From Polyangiales bacterium (lineage in GTDB: Bacteria > Myxococcota_A > Polyangia > Polyangiales > Ga0077539), in NCBI GenBank assembly GCA_044229975.1, contig JBGARZ010000004.1:352001-416000 (forward strand): 64,000 bases of DNA. Reading direction: 5' to 3'. The position numbers and the translations under genes are program-made. Of this stretch, positions 56,543 through 64,000 are shown piece by piece. Under the pieces are notes generated by a model, which had not been told where the DNA came from, did no database searches, and saw nothing but the letters and a program-made list of their open reading frames with translations. Position 1 is the stretch's first letter, and every line of letters begins with the position of its first letter.

Positions 56543-57270
56543 GCGGGCTCGACGCGCAGCAGCGGGCCATCGCGCGGCTGACGCTCGGGGCCGAGCTCGA
56601 CGAGGCCGCGCTGGCCTCGCTGGGTGGCGATCGCGCGCGCTGGCTGGTGTACCGCGACCTGGTGCGCAACCGCCTCTGGGGACTGCTGCTCGAAGCGTTG
56701 CCGCGCACCTTCGCGGCGGCCGGGAGCGAGCGCTTCGGCGGGTGGTTTACCCGCTACCTCGACGAGGAGGCGCCGCGCACGCACTTCGTCCGCGAGGTGG
56801 CGCCGGCCTTCGGTCGGTGGGTGCGCGCGGCGGAGGCCGACGGGCTCGCGGCGCCGTCGCCATGGCTGCCCGAGGCGCTCTCGCTCGACCTGGCCGAGCA
56901 CCACGTCGGGCTCTCGGCGGCGCGCGTCGACGAGTCACGGCTGACCGACTTCGCGATGCACCTCCCAGCGGCCCTCGATCCGACGCACCAACGGTTGCGC
57001 CTCTCGTGGACCCCAGCGGGCGCTTCCGAGGGGCGGGCGTTGCTCCTTCACCGTCACCCGGTGCGGCACACCGTGGAGACGCTCGCGCTCACGCCCATGG
57101 CGGCCGACGTGCTCGACGCGATGGACGACGGGGTGACGCCCGCGGCCGAGGCCGTGCGCGCGGTGCTGGCGCGCGGCGACGTGGTCGCGGGGTCGGCCTT
57201 TGTGGAGAGCTTCGCGGGCCTGCTCGCCGAGCTGATGGAGCGCGGCGTCTTGCGGGGCTCGCTGCGGTAG
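56539..57270 (+). CDS. MNIO partner protein (DUF2063/BufC/HvfC-like)
   Basis: GTGA coupling; RWLVYRDLVRNRL...ALPRT N-terminal motif; winged-helix-like C-terminus (LAELMERGVL). Confidence 0.8.
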   Translation: MSGLDAQQRAIARLTLGAELDEAALASLGGDRARWLVYRDLVRNRLWGLLLEALPRTFAAAGSERFGGWFTRYLDEEAPRTHFVREVAPAFGRWVRAAEADGLAAPSPWLPEALSLDLAEHHVGLSAARVDESRLTDFAMHLPAALDPTHQRLRLSWTPAGASEGRALLLHRHPVRHTVETLALTPMAADVLDAMDDGVTPAAEAVRAVLARGDVVAGSAFVESFAGLLAELMERGVLRGSLR

Positions 57271-57271
57271 C

Positions 57272-57982
57272 TCAGGAGGCGTGGCGGAAGGCCGTGAGGT
57301 CGACGCGCACGCGGATGTCGTTGCTCACCTTGAGGCGCAGCAGCGCCGGGACGCTGATGCCGTAGTCGGTGAGCGCGAGGTGAAACTCGCCCTGCACACG
57401 GAGCATGTCGGCGTTGATGCCGATGCCCTCCATCCCGGCGTACTCGCCCGAGAGCGGGATGAGGCGCACCGTCACCGGGACGGTCACATCGTGGGTGACG
57501 CCGTGCAGGGTGAAGCGCCCGCGCACGCGCGCCGCGGTGGGGCGGTTGGCGACGATGGGCGTCGCGAGGGTGGTGCCGGTGAGCTCCAGCGTGATGCTCG
57601 GGTGGTGGGCGGCGTCGAGCCAGCTGTCGCCGCGGAGGTGCTCGTCGCGGAGGTCGACGCCGGTGCGCAGCGTGGTGGCCGTGACCTCGACGCGCCCGGA
57701 GAGCTGTCGCGAGGGGTTGGCGAGGTCGACGGTGAAGCCTCCGGCGGTGGAGGTGGAGATGCCATCGACGGTCTCGAGCGGCGCGTCGGAGGTGAAGAGC
57801 ACGCGCGACTGACCGTTGGTGCGGAGGTCGAAGCGCTGCACCCCCGTGGGCGCCGCGGCGGGCGCGGTCATCGCGGGAGGCGCCATCATGGTGGGCGTCT
57901 GCTGCGCGCTGAGCGGAGCGGCCGCGGCGAGCAGGGTGACGGCGAGAAACGATGCGAGGCGGGGGCGTTGGGCGAGCTTCAC
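57272..57982 (-). CDS. YceI family secreted lipocalin-like protein
   Basis: TGVDLRDEHLRG..WLDA, GRFTLHGVT, DYGI; GGAGG RBS. Confidence 0.92.
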   Translation of the reverse strand: MKLAQRPRLASFLAVTLLAAAAPLSAQQTPTMMAPPAMTAPAAAPTGVQRFDLRTNGQSRVLFTSDAPLETVDGISTSTAGGFTVDLANPSRQLSGRVEVTATTLRTGVDLRDEHLRGDSWLDAAHHPSITLELTGTTLATPIVANRPTAARVRGRFTLHGVTHDVTVPVTVRLIPLSGEYAGMEGIGINADMLRVQGEFHLALTDYGISVPALLRLKVSNDIRVRVDLTAFRHAS

Positions 57983-58030
57983 GGGGGACCTCCGACGTGT
58001 TGGTGGGACGCTGCGATTCGCGCGTCGGCC

Positions 58031-58060
58031 ACGTCTACGTCGGGGGCATTGAACGGTTAC
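58031..58060 (-). promoter_or_regulatory. Putative ECF promoter of the YceI gene
   Basis: GTAACCGTT-N12-CGTAGACGT, with boxes identical to those at 61213-61242. Confidence 0.7.
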
Positions 58061-58092
58061 TCACGCCTCGGTGATGGTCGCCGTCGCCGCGC

Positions 58093-58341
58093 TCACCCCC
58101 GTCGCCACGCGCGAAACGCCTCCAGCACCGCCGGCGGCACCGACGCGACGGGGCGCTCGCTCCCTCCTGCGCGCGCGGCCGACACCGTCGCGCGAACCTG
58201 ATCGACGTACTCCCGGCACGCCGAGCAGATCACCAGGTGCGCCTCGAAGCGCGACCGCGCGTCGGGGCCCAGGTCGCCCTCCAGGTAGTCGGTCACCGCC
58301 TCGACGAGGTCGCGGCAGGCGAGGTCGTCATCGTTCGTCAT
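58093..58341 (-). CDS. Small soluble zf-HC2 anti-sigma factor
   Basis: LACRDLVEAVTDYLEG...FEAHLVICSAC (HxxxCxxC). Confidence 0.9.
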   Translation of the reverse strand: MTNDDDLACRDLVEAVTDYLEGDLGPDARSRFEAHLVICSACREYVDQVRATVSAARAGGSERPVASVPPAVLEAFRAWRRG

Positions 58342-58996
58342 CGTTGCCCTCGTCCATGAGCCGCTCGACCACGCGGCGCACGCGCGACCGCGCCCGGTGC
58401 AGGATCACCCGCTCGTTGGCGGCGCTCAGCCCGAGCGCCTCGCACGCCTCGCTCGCCGTGCAGCCCTCGACGTCGCGCAGGGTCATCACGGCCCGCTGCG
58501 CCGTCGGCAGCGCCGAGATCGCGTCGCCCACCCACGCCAGCAGGCGCTTGCGGGCGAGGTGGTCCTCGGGCGACGTCGACCAGGGACGCGGCGCCGTCGC
58601 CCAGTGCCCGGGCCAGCGCGGGTGGTCGGCCGGCAGGAAGCGCGCGGGCTCGACCGCGTAGTCCTCGTGGGGCTCCGCCACCAGGGGGTGCCGCGACTCG
58701 CGGACGGCGCGCGTGCGTGCGCGGTGCACCACGATGCTGAAGATCCATGAGCGCAGCGACGCGCGGCCCTCGAAGCCGTCGAGCCCGCGCAGCACCGCGA
58801 CCCACGCCTCCTGCGCGACCTCCTCGGCCATCGACCGTTCGCCCACGAACGCTGCCGCGAGGCGCACCATCGCCCCGTGGTGGCGCGTCACCAGCTCCGC
58901 AAACGCCGCCTCGTCACCGTCCCGCAACGCGGCCTTCCAGCGCTCGGCCTCGCGGGTGTGGTCTGCCCCGTCCATCGTGGCGTCTGACGAATCCAT
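58328..58996 (-). CDS. ECF RNA polymerase sigma factor
   Basis: GDEAAFAELV, AEEVAQEAW, FEGRASLRSW, ERVILHRARSRVR; start uncertain. Confidence 0.92.
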   Translation of the reverse strand: MDSSDATMDGADHTREAERWKAALRDGDEAAFAELVTRHHGAMVRLAAAFVGERSMAEEVAQEAWVAVLRGLDGFEGRASLRSWIFSIVVHRARTRAVRESRHPLVAEPHEDYAVEPARFLPADHPRWPGHWATAPRPWSTSPEDHLARKRLLAWVGDAISALPTAQRAVMTLRDVEGCTASEACEALGLSAANERVILHRARSRVRRVVERLMDEGNDDER

Positions 58997-59140
58997 GGGC
59001 CGCGTCGCCGCGGATGGTCGTGCCTCCCGCCGTTCGCGCGCTACCTCCGCGACCACGAAATCGAACGCGCGTGTGTAACGCCTGACGGTCGTTCCGAGAC
59101 TCCAGACGACCTGATCCCTCGTGTCCCGCAAAGGAGTCCC

Positions 59141-59830
59141 ATGCGATCTGCTTCTCTCCGACGTCTGTCTCCCTACGGCTCTCTCGCGTCGCTGCTGCTC
59201 GCGAGCGCCTTCGTCGTCCCCGGCTGCGGCGACGACACGCCCTCGTCCGCCGCGACCACCACGGACGTCCCGGCGTCCCCACCCGACGCGGGTTCGATGG
59301 CCCTCGATGTCGCCATGGTCGTGGACGTCGCGACGGTCGACGTGGCCGTGATGGACGGGGGCGCTCTCACGACGGACATCGGTCGCGACGCGGGCTCACC
59401 GGCGACGCTGGCGCCGGGCCCGCAGACGCCTCCGTCCTCGGGGCGGGTCGACATGGAGGCGTGGATCGCCGCGGGCCACTACCGCGCGTGGCACTGCGAG
59501 CCGACGCCGCACGCGTCCCGCCCGGGGTCGCCGCACGGCACCAACCGCATCTGCTCCAACGACCTGCTGAGCGGTTCGACGGGCGACGGCCCCTACCCCG
59601 TCGGCGCCGCGGCCGTGAAGGAGCTGTACGGCACGCCCGGAACGGTGACCGGCTACGCCGTCTACCTGAAGGTCGCGGACGGAACCGACGGCGCCAACTG
59701 GTACTGGTTCGAGCGCATCGGCGCGCGCAACGTCGCCGACGGCCTCGGGGCGAGCGGATCGGCGCGCACCATCTGCGTGGGCTGCCACGCGAGCGCCCCG
59801 CGGGACTTCGTCTTCACCCACGTGCGCTGA
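59141..59830 (+). CDS. Lipoprotein with C-terminal heme-c motif, cytochrome P460-like
   Basis: VPGC lipobox; YPVGAAAVKE, GANWYWF, CVGCH...DFVF. Confidence 0.75.
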   Translation: MRSASLRRLSPYGSLASLLLASAFVVPGCGDDTPSSAATTTDVPASPPDAGSMALDVAMVVDVATVDVAVMDGGALTTDIGRDAGSPATLAPGPQTPPSSGRVDMEAWIAAGHYRAWHCEPTPHASRPGSPHGTNRICSNDLLSGSTGDGPYPVGAAAVKELYGTPGTVTGYAVYLKVADGTDGANWYWFERIGARNVADGLGASGSARTICVGCHASAPRDFVFTHVR

Positions 59831-59869
59831 GCGGCGCCGCGGTGGTCGCCTCGCGGTGGGACGGCGCTC

Positions 59870-60178
59870 GCCCGCCTTCGATCGTGCTGACGGAGGTGCA
59901 ACCCGTCGGCGTCGCGCACGCCGCGCCGTCGCGAAAGGCGATCTCCGTCCCCTCGTGCGTGCAGAGCGTCGAGTAGGCGAAGTAGCCGCCGGCGTCGCGC
60001 CCGACGATCACCTTCTGCCCGGGTACAGCTTCCACGTCCCGACGGCGTGGTCGGCCGCGCGTCCGCCGCTGAAGGGCGCCGTCGGCATCGATGCGTCCCC
60101 GCAGCCCGCGGCCAGGCCCGCGACCCCCAGCACGCACAGGAACGTCCTGCGCTCCAGGCGCTTCGTGTCTTCGTTCGT
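59870..60178 (-). pseudogene. Rieske (2Fe-2S) protein pseudogene
   Basis: Tat-like RRTFL signal with ACG in place of ATG; 1-nt frameshift near 60018; CTHEG box 1 present but no box 2. Confidence 0.7.
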
Positions 60179-60214
60179 GTGGGCTCTCCCGATGTCGTCG
60201 AGCGCGCGCCGCGG

Positions 60215-61171
60215 CTACGGCGCGACCATCGGGCAGTTGACGTTGACGGGCAGCGGACCGGCCACGTTGGCGAGCGCCGTCGCCCAGTCGCGCACGCCGT
60301 CGAAGCCCGCGAGGTTGCCCCGCTGATGGGCCCAGAGCGACGAGTACCCGGGCTGCCCCGGGAGCACCTGCACCACGTTGTGGGTCATGCCTCCGGCCTC
60401 GGTCTGGAAGCCCATGGAGGGGTCGGTGTCGTTGCGGAAGATCACCACGATGCCCGCGCTCGGGACGCGCCCGTTGGCGGTCACCTGGAGGTCGGTCTCG
60501 AACTGCATGAGCGGCGCGATCATGCCGCGCACCCAGGCCCGGTAGCCGGTGACCACGTTGCCCTGGAAGCGCATGGTCGCCGTCGACCCGGCGGGCACCA
60601 CGGCCCAGTCGACGATGCGCGTGGTGAGCGTCGCGGTGGCGTCGCCCTCGGCCACGGCGGCCAGCACGTCGGCCTCGCTGGTGAGCGAGTTGACGTTGTA
60701 CCCGGCGTGGGTGCGCACCTCGGTGATGCGCATGAAGTCGTTGTACCCGGCGTCGCCGGGGATGCCCGTGAGCACCGGGAGCTGCCCCGGGATGCTCTCC
60801 CCGTTGGGGCCGAGGATCACGTACGCGCGGCCGGGCACCACGGGGACGATGTCGAGCGAGTAGTAGGTGACGCGCTCGCCGCCGGGGCCGAACGAGCGCA
60901 CGCCGAAGAGCTGGTCGAAGTTGATGGGCGCGTTGGGGGCGGGCACCACGGGCCGGACGTTGGCCGGGTCAAACACCGGGCCGCTGCGCTTGAACAGCGT
61001 CGCGAAGCTGTCCTGGAAGCGGTCGACGGACACGATCGCCGCCGTGTCGGGGTTGACCGTCGCGCGGTCGGACGTCGTCCCGCAGTGCGCGAGGAAGACG
61101 GTGAAGCAGGCGACGGAGAGGGCGTGACGGGGCGATCGAGGCGTGGCCTTGGCACACATCGGACGGGGCAC
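60215..61171 (-). CDS. Lipoprotein with two internal PG..GY(N/S).. repeats and a C-terminal NCP motif
   Basis: Signal ending LAHC; IPGDAGYNDFM and LPGQPGYSSLW; ends VNCPMVAP. Confidence 0.75.
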   Translation of the reverse strand: MPRPMCAKATPRSPRHALSVACFTVFLAHCGTTSDRATVNPDTAAIVSVDRFQDSFATLFKRSGPVFDPANVRPVVPAPNAPINFDQLFGVRSFGPGGERVTYYSLDIVPVVPGRAYVILGPNGESIPGQLPVLTGIPGDAGYNDFMRITEVRTHAGYNVNSLTSEADVLAAVAEGDATATLTTRIVDWAVVPAGSTATMRFQGNVVTGYRAWVRGMIAPLMQFETDLQVTANGRVPSAGIVVIFRNDTDPSMGFQTEAGGMTHNVVQVLPGQPGYSSLWAHQRGNLAGFDGVRDWATALANVAGPLPVNVNCPMVAP

Positions 61172-61212
61172 CTTTGGTGTTCGCGAGACCCTCCAGTGAG
61201 CGTCGCGTGCCG

Positions 61213-61242
61213 ACGTCTACGAGCGCGAGCGCCAACGGTTAC
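61213..61242 (-). promoter_or_regulatory. Putative ECF promoter
   Basis: GTAACCGTT-GGCGCTCGCGCT-CGTAGACGT about 40 bp upstream of the 61171 gene. Confidence 0.7.
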
Positions 61243-61478
61243 AACGCTCGTCTCGGCGGCTGCGCTGCTGGGACGGGCGCGGTGGTCATCTACCCGGTCG
61301 GGGCGAGCTGGTAGACGCCGACGACGAAGTAGCCGGGGCCCGTGGAGCGGGTCGTGTCGCTGCGGAGACTCGCAATCGCGGGTGAGGAGTTCGTGGACTT
61401 CGCCCTCGGTGACCGGGGGCATCCGGCGATGCGCCGGGTAGCGCAGGTTGGCCGATCGGGCGATTGAAGCCTCGACGC

Positions 61479-61652
61479 ATGAGCGCCGACCCGCTCCACC
61501 TTCCCCATGACGACGAGTACGCTGAGCGGTTTGCGCGCCTGCCGGACGAAGACCCCGCGGAGTTCTGTGACCTCGCCGCGGCGGTGCCGATCCGATGGGT
61601 CGACGGTATCGGCTGGGTCGAAGATCCCGCGCCCGGCAACGACGCGCCGTGA
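61479..61652 (+). CDS. Possible small acidic protein
   Basis: 57-aa ORF with host-like codon usage; no recognisable family. Confidence 0.35.
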   Translation: MSADPLHLPHDDEYAERFARLPDEDPAEFCDLAAAVPIRWVDGIGWVEDPAPGNDAP

Positions 61653-61816
61653 CAGGTTTGCCCCGCGGCACCGTGCTGCTCATCGATCTCGCGCCTGTCG
61701 TCGGCCACGAACAACAGAGCATCCGCTCCTGCAACGCGTCGACGACGCCCTGCGGTTATTTCTGGGGTTGTAACGGGGGCGCGCCGGGCGGGTGAAGGCG
61801 CTGCTGCGCGGGTGGG

Positions 61817-63166
61817 TCAGCGGTTGGCCCGGCCCGGGCCGCGGCCCGGCACGAAGGACGAGATCATTTCGCGCATCGCGTCCTCGAACTCCGCGTAGTG
61901 CTCGACGGTGCTCGACCCCACCACGGTGTATGCCTCCGCCTCGGTGGTGACGAGGCCGATGATCCAGCGCCGCCGCACGCCCTCATCGGTGGCGTCGTAG
62001 CGCAGGAGCGTTCCTTCGCCCGCCGTGAGGTGCAGCGCCTCCTCGCCAAGCCACACCGTCACGCTGGGGCCCACCACCCGGCGAAACTCGCGCACGTACA
62101 TCTGGTGATCGAAGACGCTCCCCGCCTCGGCGCGCTCGCCGGTCACGTAGAGCGTTCCGTACGAGTACGGGACGGTGAGCCACCGGTCGACGGTCGCGAG
62201 CTCGGCGGCCGCCTCGGCCTGGTTGCGCAGGTACCACCCGGGCGCCACGCGCATCGTGTAGTCGAAGGCGCGGCCCCGCAGCACGCCGCCGGCAACCGCG
62301 GAGACGTGGTCCTCTCCATTGGCGCCGCCCGCGTTGTTGGGCAGCCCCTCGAACGGCAGCAGCTCGAAGCCGCGCATCGCGTCGGACATGCCCTGCCACG
62401 TCTCCGCGGTCGAGCGCGCGTCGGCGAAGCCCATGAGCTGCACCATCTGCGGGCCCGCGACGAAGGCCGCGAGGCGGTAGCGCAGGCGCAGCGAGGCGCC
62501 GCCTCCATTGGGGGCGAGGGTGACCTCGACCTCGGCCAACGGCACGCCGGGGTGCCCCGCGAGCTCGCGGCGGGGTAGCTCGCGCGCGTCGGTCCCGCTG
62601 CCGCGGATGTGCTCGATCATAGTCCGCAGCACCACCGCGGCGTCGCCCACGTGGTCCGGGGCGATGGTCTCCGCGATCACGGCGACGTGCGCGTCGTGGG
62701 CGGGGTTGGTGATCCACTGGTCGTAGAGCTCGTTGGCGGCGTGCGCGGAGGCTTGCGTGTGCGCGATCCACGCGGGCGGCAGCGGCAGGCGGTAGCGGCC
62801 GCGCACGCCGCGCACCTCGCGGGGGTTGGGGTGCACGTACTCGGGCGACCGCGCGGCGAGGCTCGCGAGGGGGCGGTCGAGCGCGCCCGAGAGGACCAGC
62901 AGGCCGAGGGCCTCGCCGACGAAGCACAGCCCGACGAGCAGAAGCGAGGCGACGAGGCGCGCGCGGCCGGGTCGCCCGACGAGGAGCCCGAAGATCGCGA
63001 CGGCGTAGGCGACCTGTATCGCGACGGTCGCCCAGTCGGACGACGCCGCGTGGGTCACGAACGAGAAAAGGGTGCCCACGGCGATGCGGAAGAGGATCCA
63101 GGTGCGTACGCGCTCGCTGCCCTGGAGCAGCGCCCAGGGAGATCCTGGGTCATCGCGCGATATCAC
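61817..63166 (-). CDS. Hypothetical membrane protein with two PsbP-like extracytoplasmic repeats
   Basis: Three N-terminal transmembrane segments; YRLPLPPAW and YTMRVAPGW repeat pattern. Confidence 0.65.
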   Translation of the reverse strand: MISRDDPGSPWALLQGSERVRTWILFRIAVGTLFSFVTHAASSDWATVAIQVAYAVAIFGLLVGRPGRARLVASLLLVGLCFVGEALGLLVLSGALDRPLASLAARSPEYVHPNPREVRGVRGRYRLPLPPAWIAHTQASAHAANELYDQWITNPAHDAHVAVIAETIAPDHVGDAAVVLRTMIEHIRGSGTDARELPRRELAGHPGVPLAEVEVTLAPNGGGASLRLRYRLAAFVAGPQMVQLMGFADARSTAETWQGMSDAMRGFELLPFEGLPNNAGGANGEDHVSAVAGGVLRGRAFDYTMRVAPGWYLRNQAEAAAELATVDRWLTVPYSYGTLYVTGERAEAGSVFDHQMYVREFRRVVGPSVTVWLGEEALHLTAGEGTLLRYDATDEGVRRRWIIGLVTTEAEAYTVVGSSTVEHYAEFEDAMREMISSFVPGRGPGRANR

Positions 63167-63215
63167 CCGCCTCGTGTGCGGTTGGCAATCCAGTGGTCGG
63201 AGCGCGGGGCGCGGA

Positions 63216-63517
63216 TCACAGGTCCAGACGAATCACGTTGAACGACAGCCCCGTGCCGACGATGGCGAAGAGCCTGTCGCCCTCGACGTCGAGGAGCCCG
63301 CCGGCGCTCATCGACGGGAGCATGCGGGAGCGGCCGTCGGCGCGATCCACGCGAGGGCGACGAGGGCGACGAGCAGGAGCACCGTCGAGGCCACCTGCCA
63401 GACCGCGCGGGCTTCGCGCGGCTGGGCGAAGCGGTTGAGGTCCAGCAGCAGGGACCGACCGGTGTCGGGGAGAGCGGCGGCGCCCGCCGACGGAGACTCG
63501 ACGCGGTGCTGATGCAT
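63216..63517 (-). pseudogene. Fused gene remnants (desaturase-like 5' end plus an unrelated 3' end)
   Basis: LNRFAQPREARAVWQVASTVLLL resembles a membrane fatty-acid desaturase N-terminus and then breaks off; another frame gives ...LLDVEGDRLFAIVGTGLSFNVIRLDL*. Confidence 0.4.
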
Positions 63518-63733
63518 CCCTCGACGCTCCCTTCGCGGGCCTCGCGGCCGGTGTGAGGAAGGGTCAAGAGCAGCCCGCGTGCCCGCGGTTCGCCGCGCTC
63601 GGGAGCCTGAAATTAAGCTGTATTGTGAGGGTCGCGGTCGTGGCCGGTCAGTGGCCGGTCAGTGGCCGGCCGTCGGGCCGCGGGCCCTTCCCTCGACTGG
63701 AACTGCACCCGGCCGCCGTGGTACGCGCGCCCC

Positions 63734-64000
63734 ATGGCACAGAAGATCGTCGATCGACGCAAGCGCAGCGCGGCTCCGGCCCTGGTGGAGTGGATCGGCG
63801 GATCGCTCACGACGCTGGACGGTGAGTCCGCGGTGTTGTGGGTGCACCGCGGCCGACCGGTGGCGCAGCGCCCGCTCGCGGGGGCGACGGTGGCCGACGC
63901 GCTGCGGTCGCTCATCGAGGGCGCGGACGCCGAGCGGCGGCCGACGCGGCTGCGGGTCGACGCGGCGACGGCCGAGGCGCTGGGGCCGGAGGTGGCGGGC
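63734..64000 (+). CDS. Hypothetical protein (partial, runs off the right edge)
   Basis: Open frame MAQKIVDRRKRSAAPALVEWIGG... to the window end. Confidence 0.6.
   Translation, partial: MAQKIVDRRKRSAAPALVEWIGGSLTTLDGESAVLWVHRGRPVAQRPLAGATVADALRSLIEGADAERRPTRLRVDAATAEALGPEVAG

Overview
Very GC-rich bacterial DNA, most likely from a myxobacterium (Myxococcota, Polyangia-like). This is inferred from a MYXO-CTERM-like sorting tail, many Cys-rich lipoproteins, a Pro-tailed bactofilin and an orphan FliI/SctN ATPase. The first ~18 kb is largely housekeeping: a sulfatase-like/HEAT protein, tRNA-Cys, dinB, DctP, Smr, dnaX, DedA and glutamate-cysteine ligase. About 18.1-28.9 kb is an integrase-less island bracketed by a duplicated bactofilin 3' end. 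It carries three copies of a ~40-bp palindrome, a lower-GC YeeA/YeeB/YeeC-type methyltransferase-helicase-nuclease operon, an unknown DNA-binding-like gene and a 316-bp foldback MITE-like element. About 36.8-55.1 kb is a salt/osmotic-stress island (NhaA, CPA1, CaCA, IT-family permease, MscS, CLC, NhaR, MarR, trehalose synthase) bounded by duplicated antiporter DNA, with three nhaA-I (Li+-I riboswitch) motifs. About 55.2-61.2 kb holds a DUF692/MNIO RiPP operon with a lipoprotein-like precursor carrying QAASCG(AH) repeats, plus an ECF sigma/anti-sigma pair and a shared ECF-type promoter motif. All calls come from reading sequence and motifs by eye; no searches were run.
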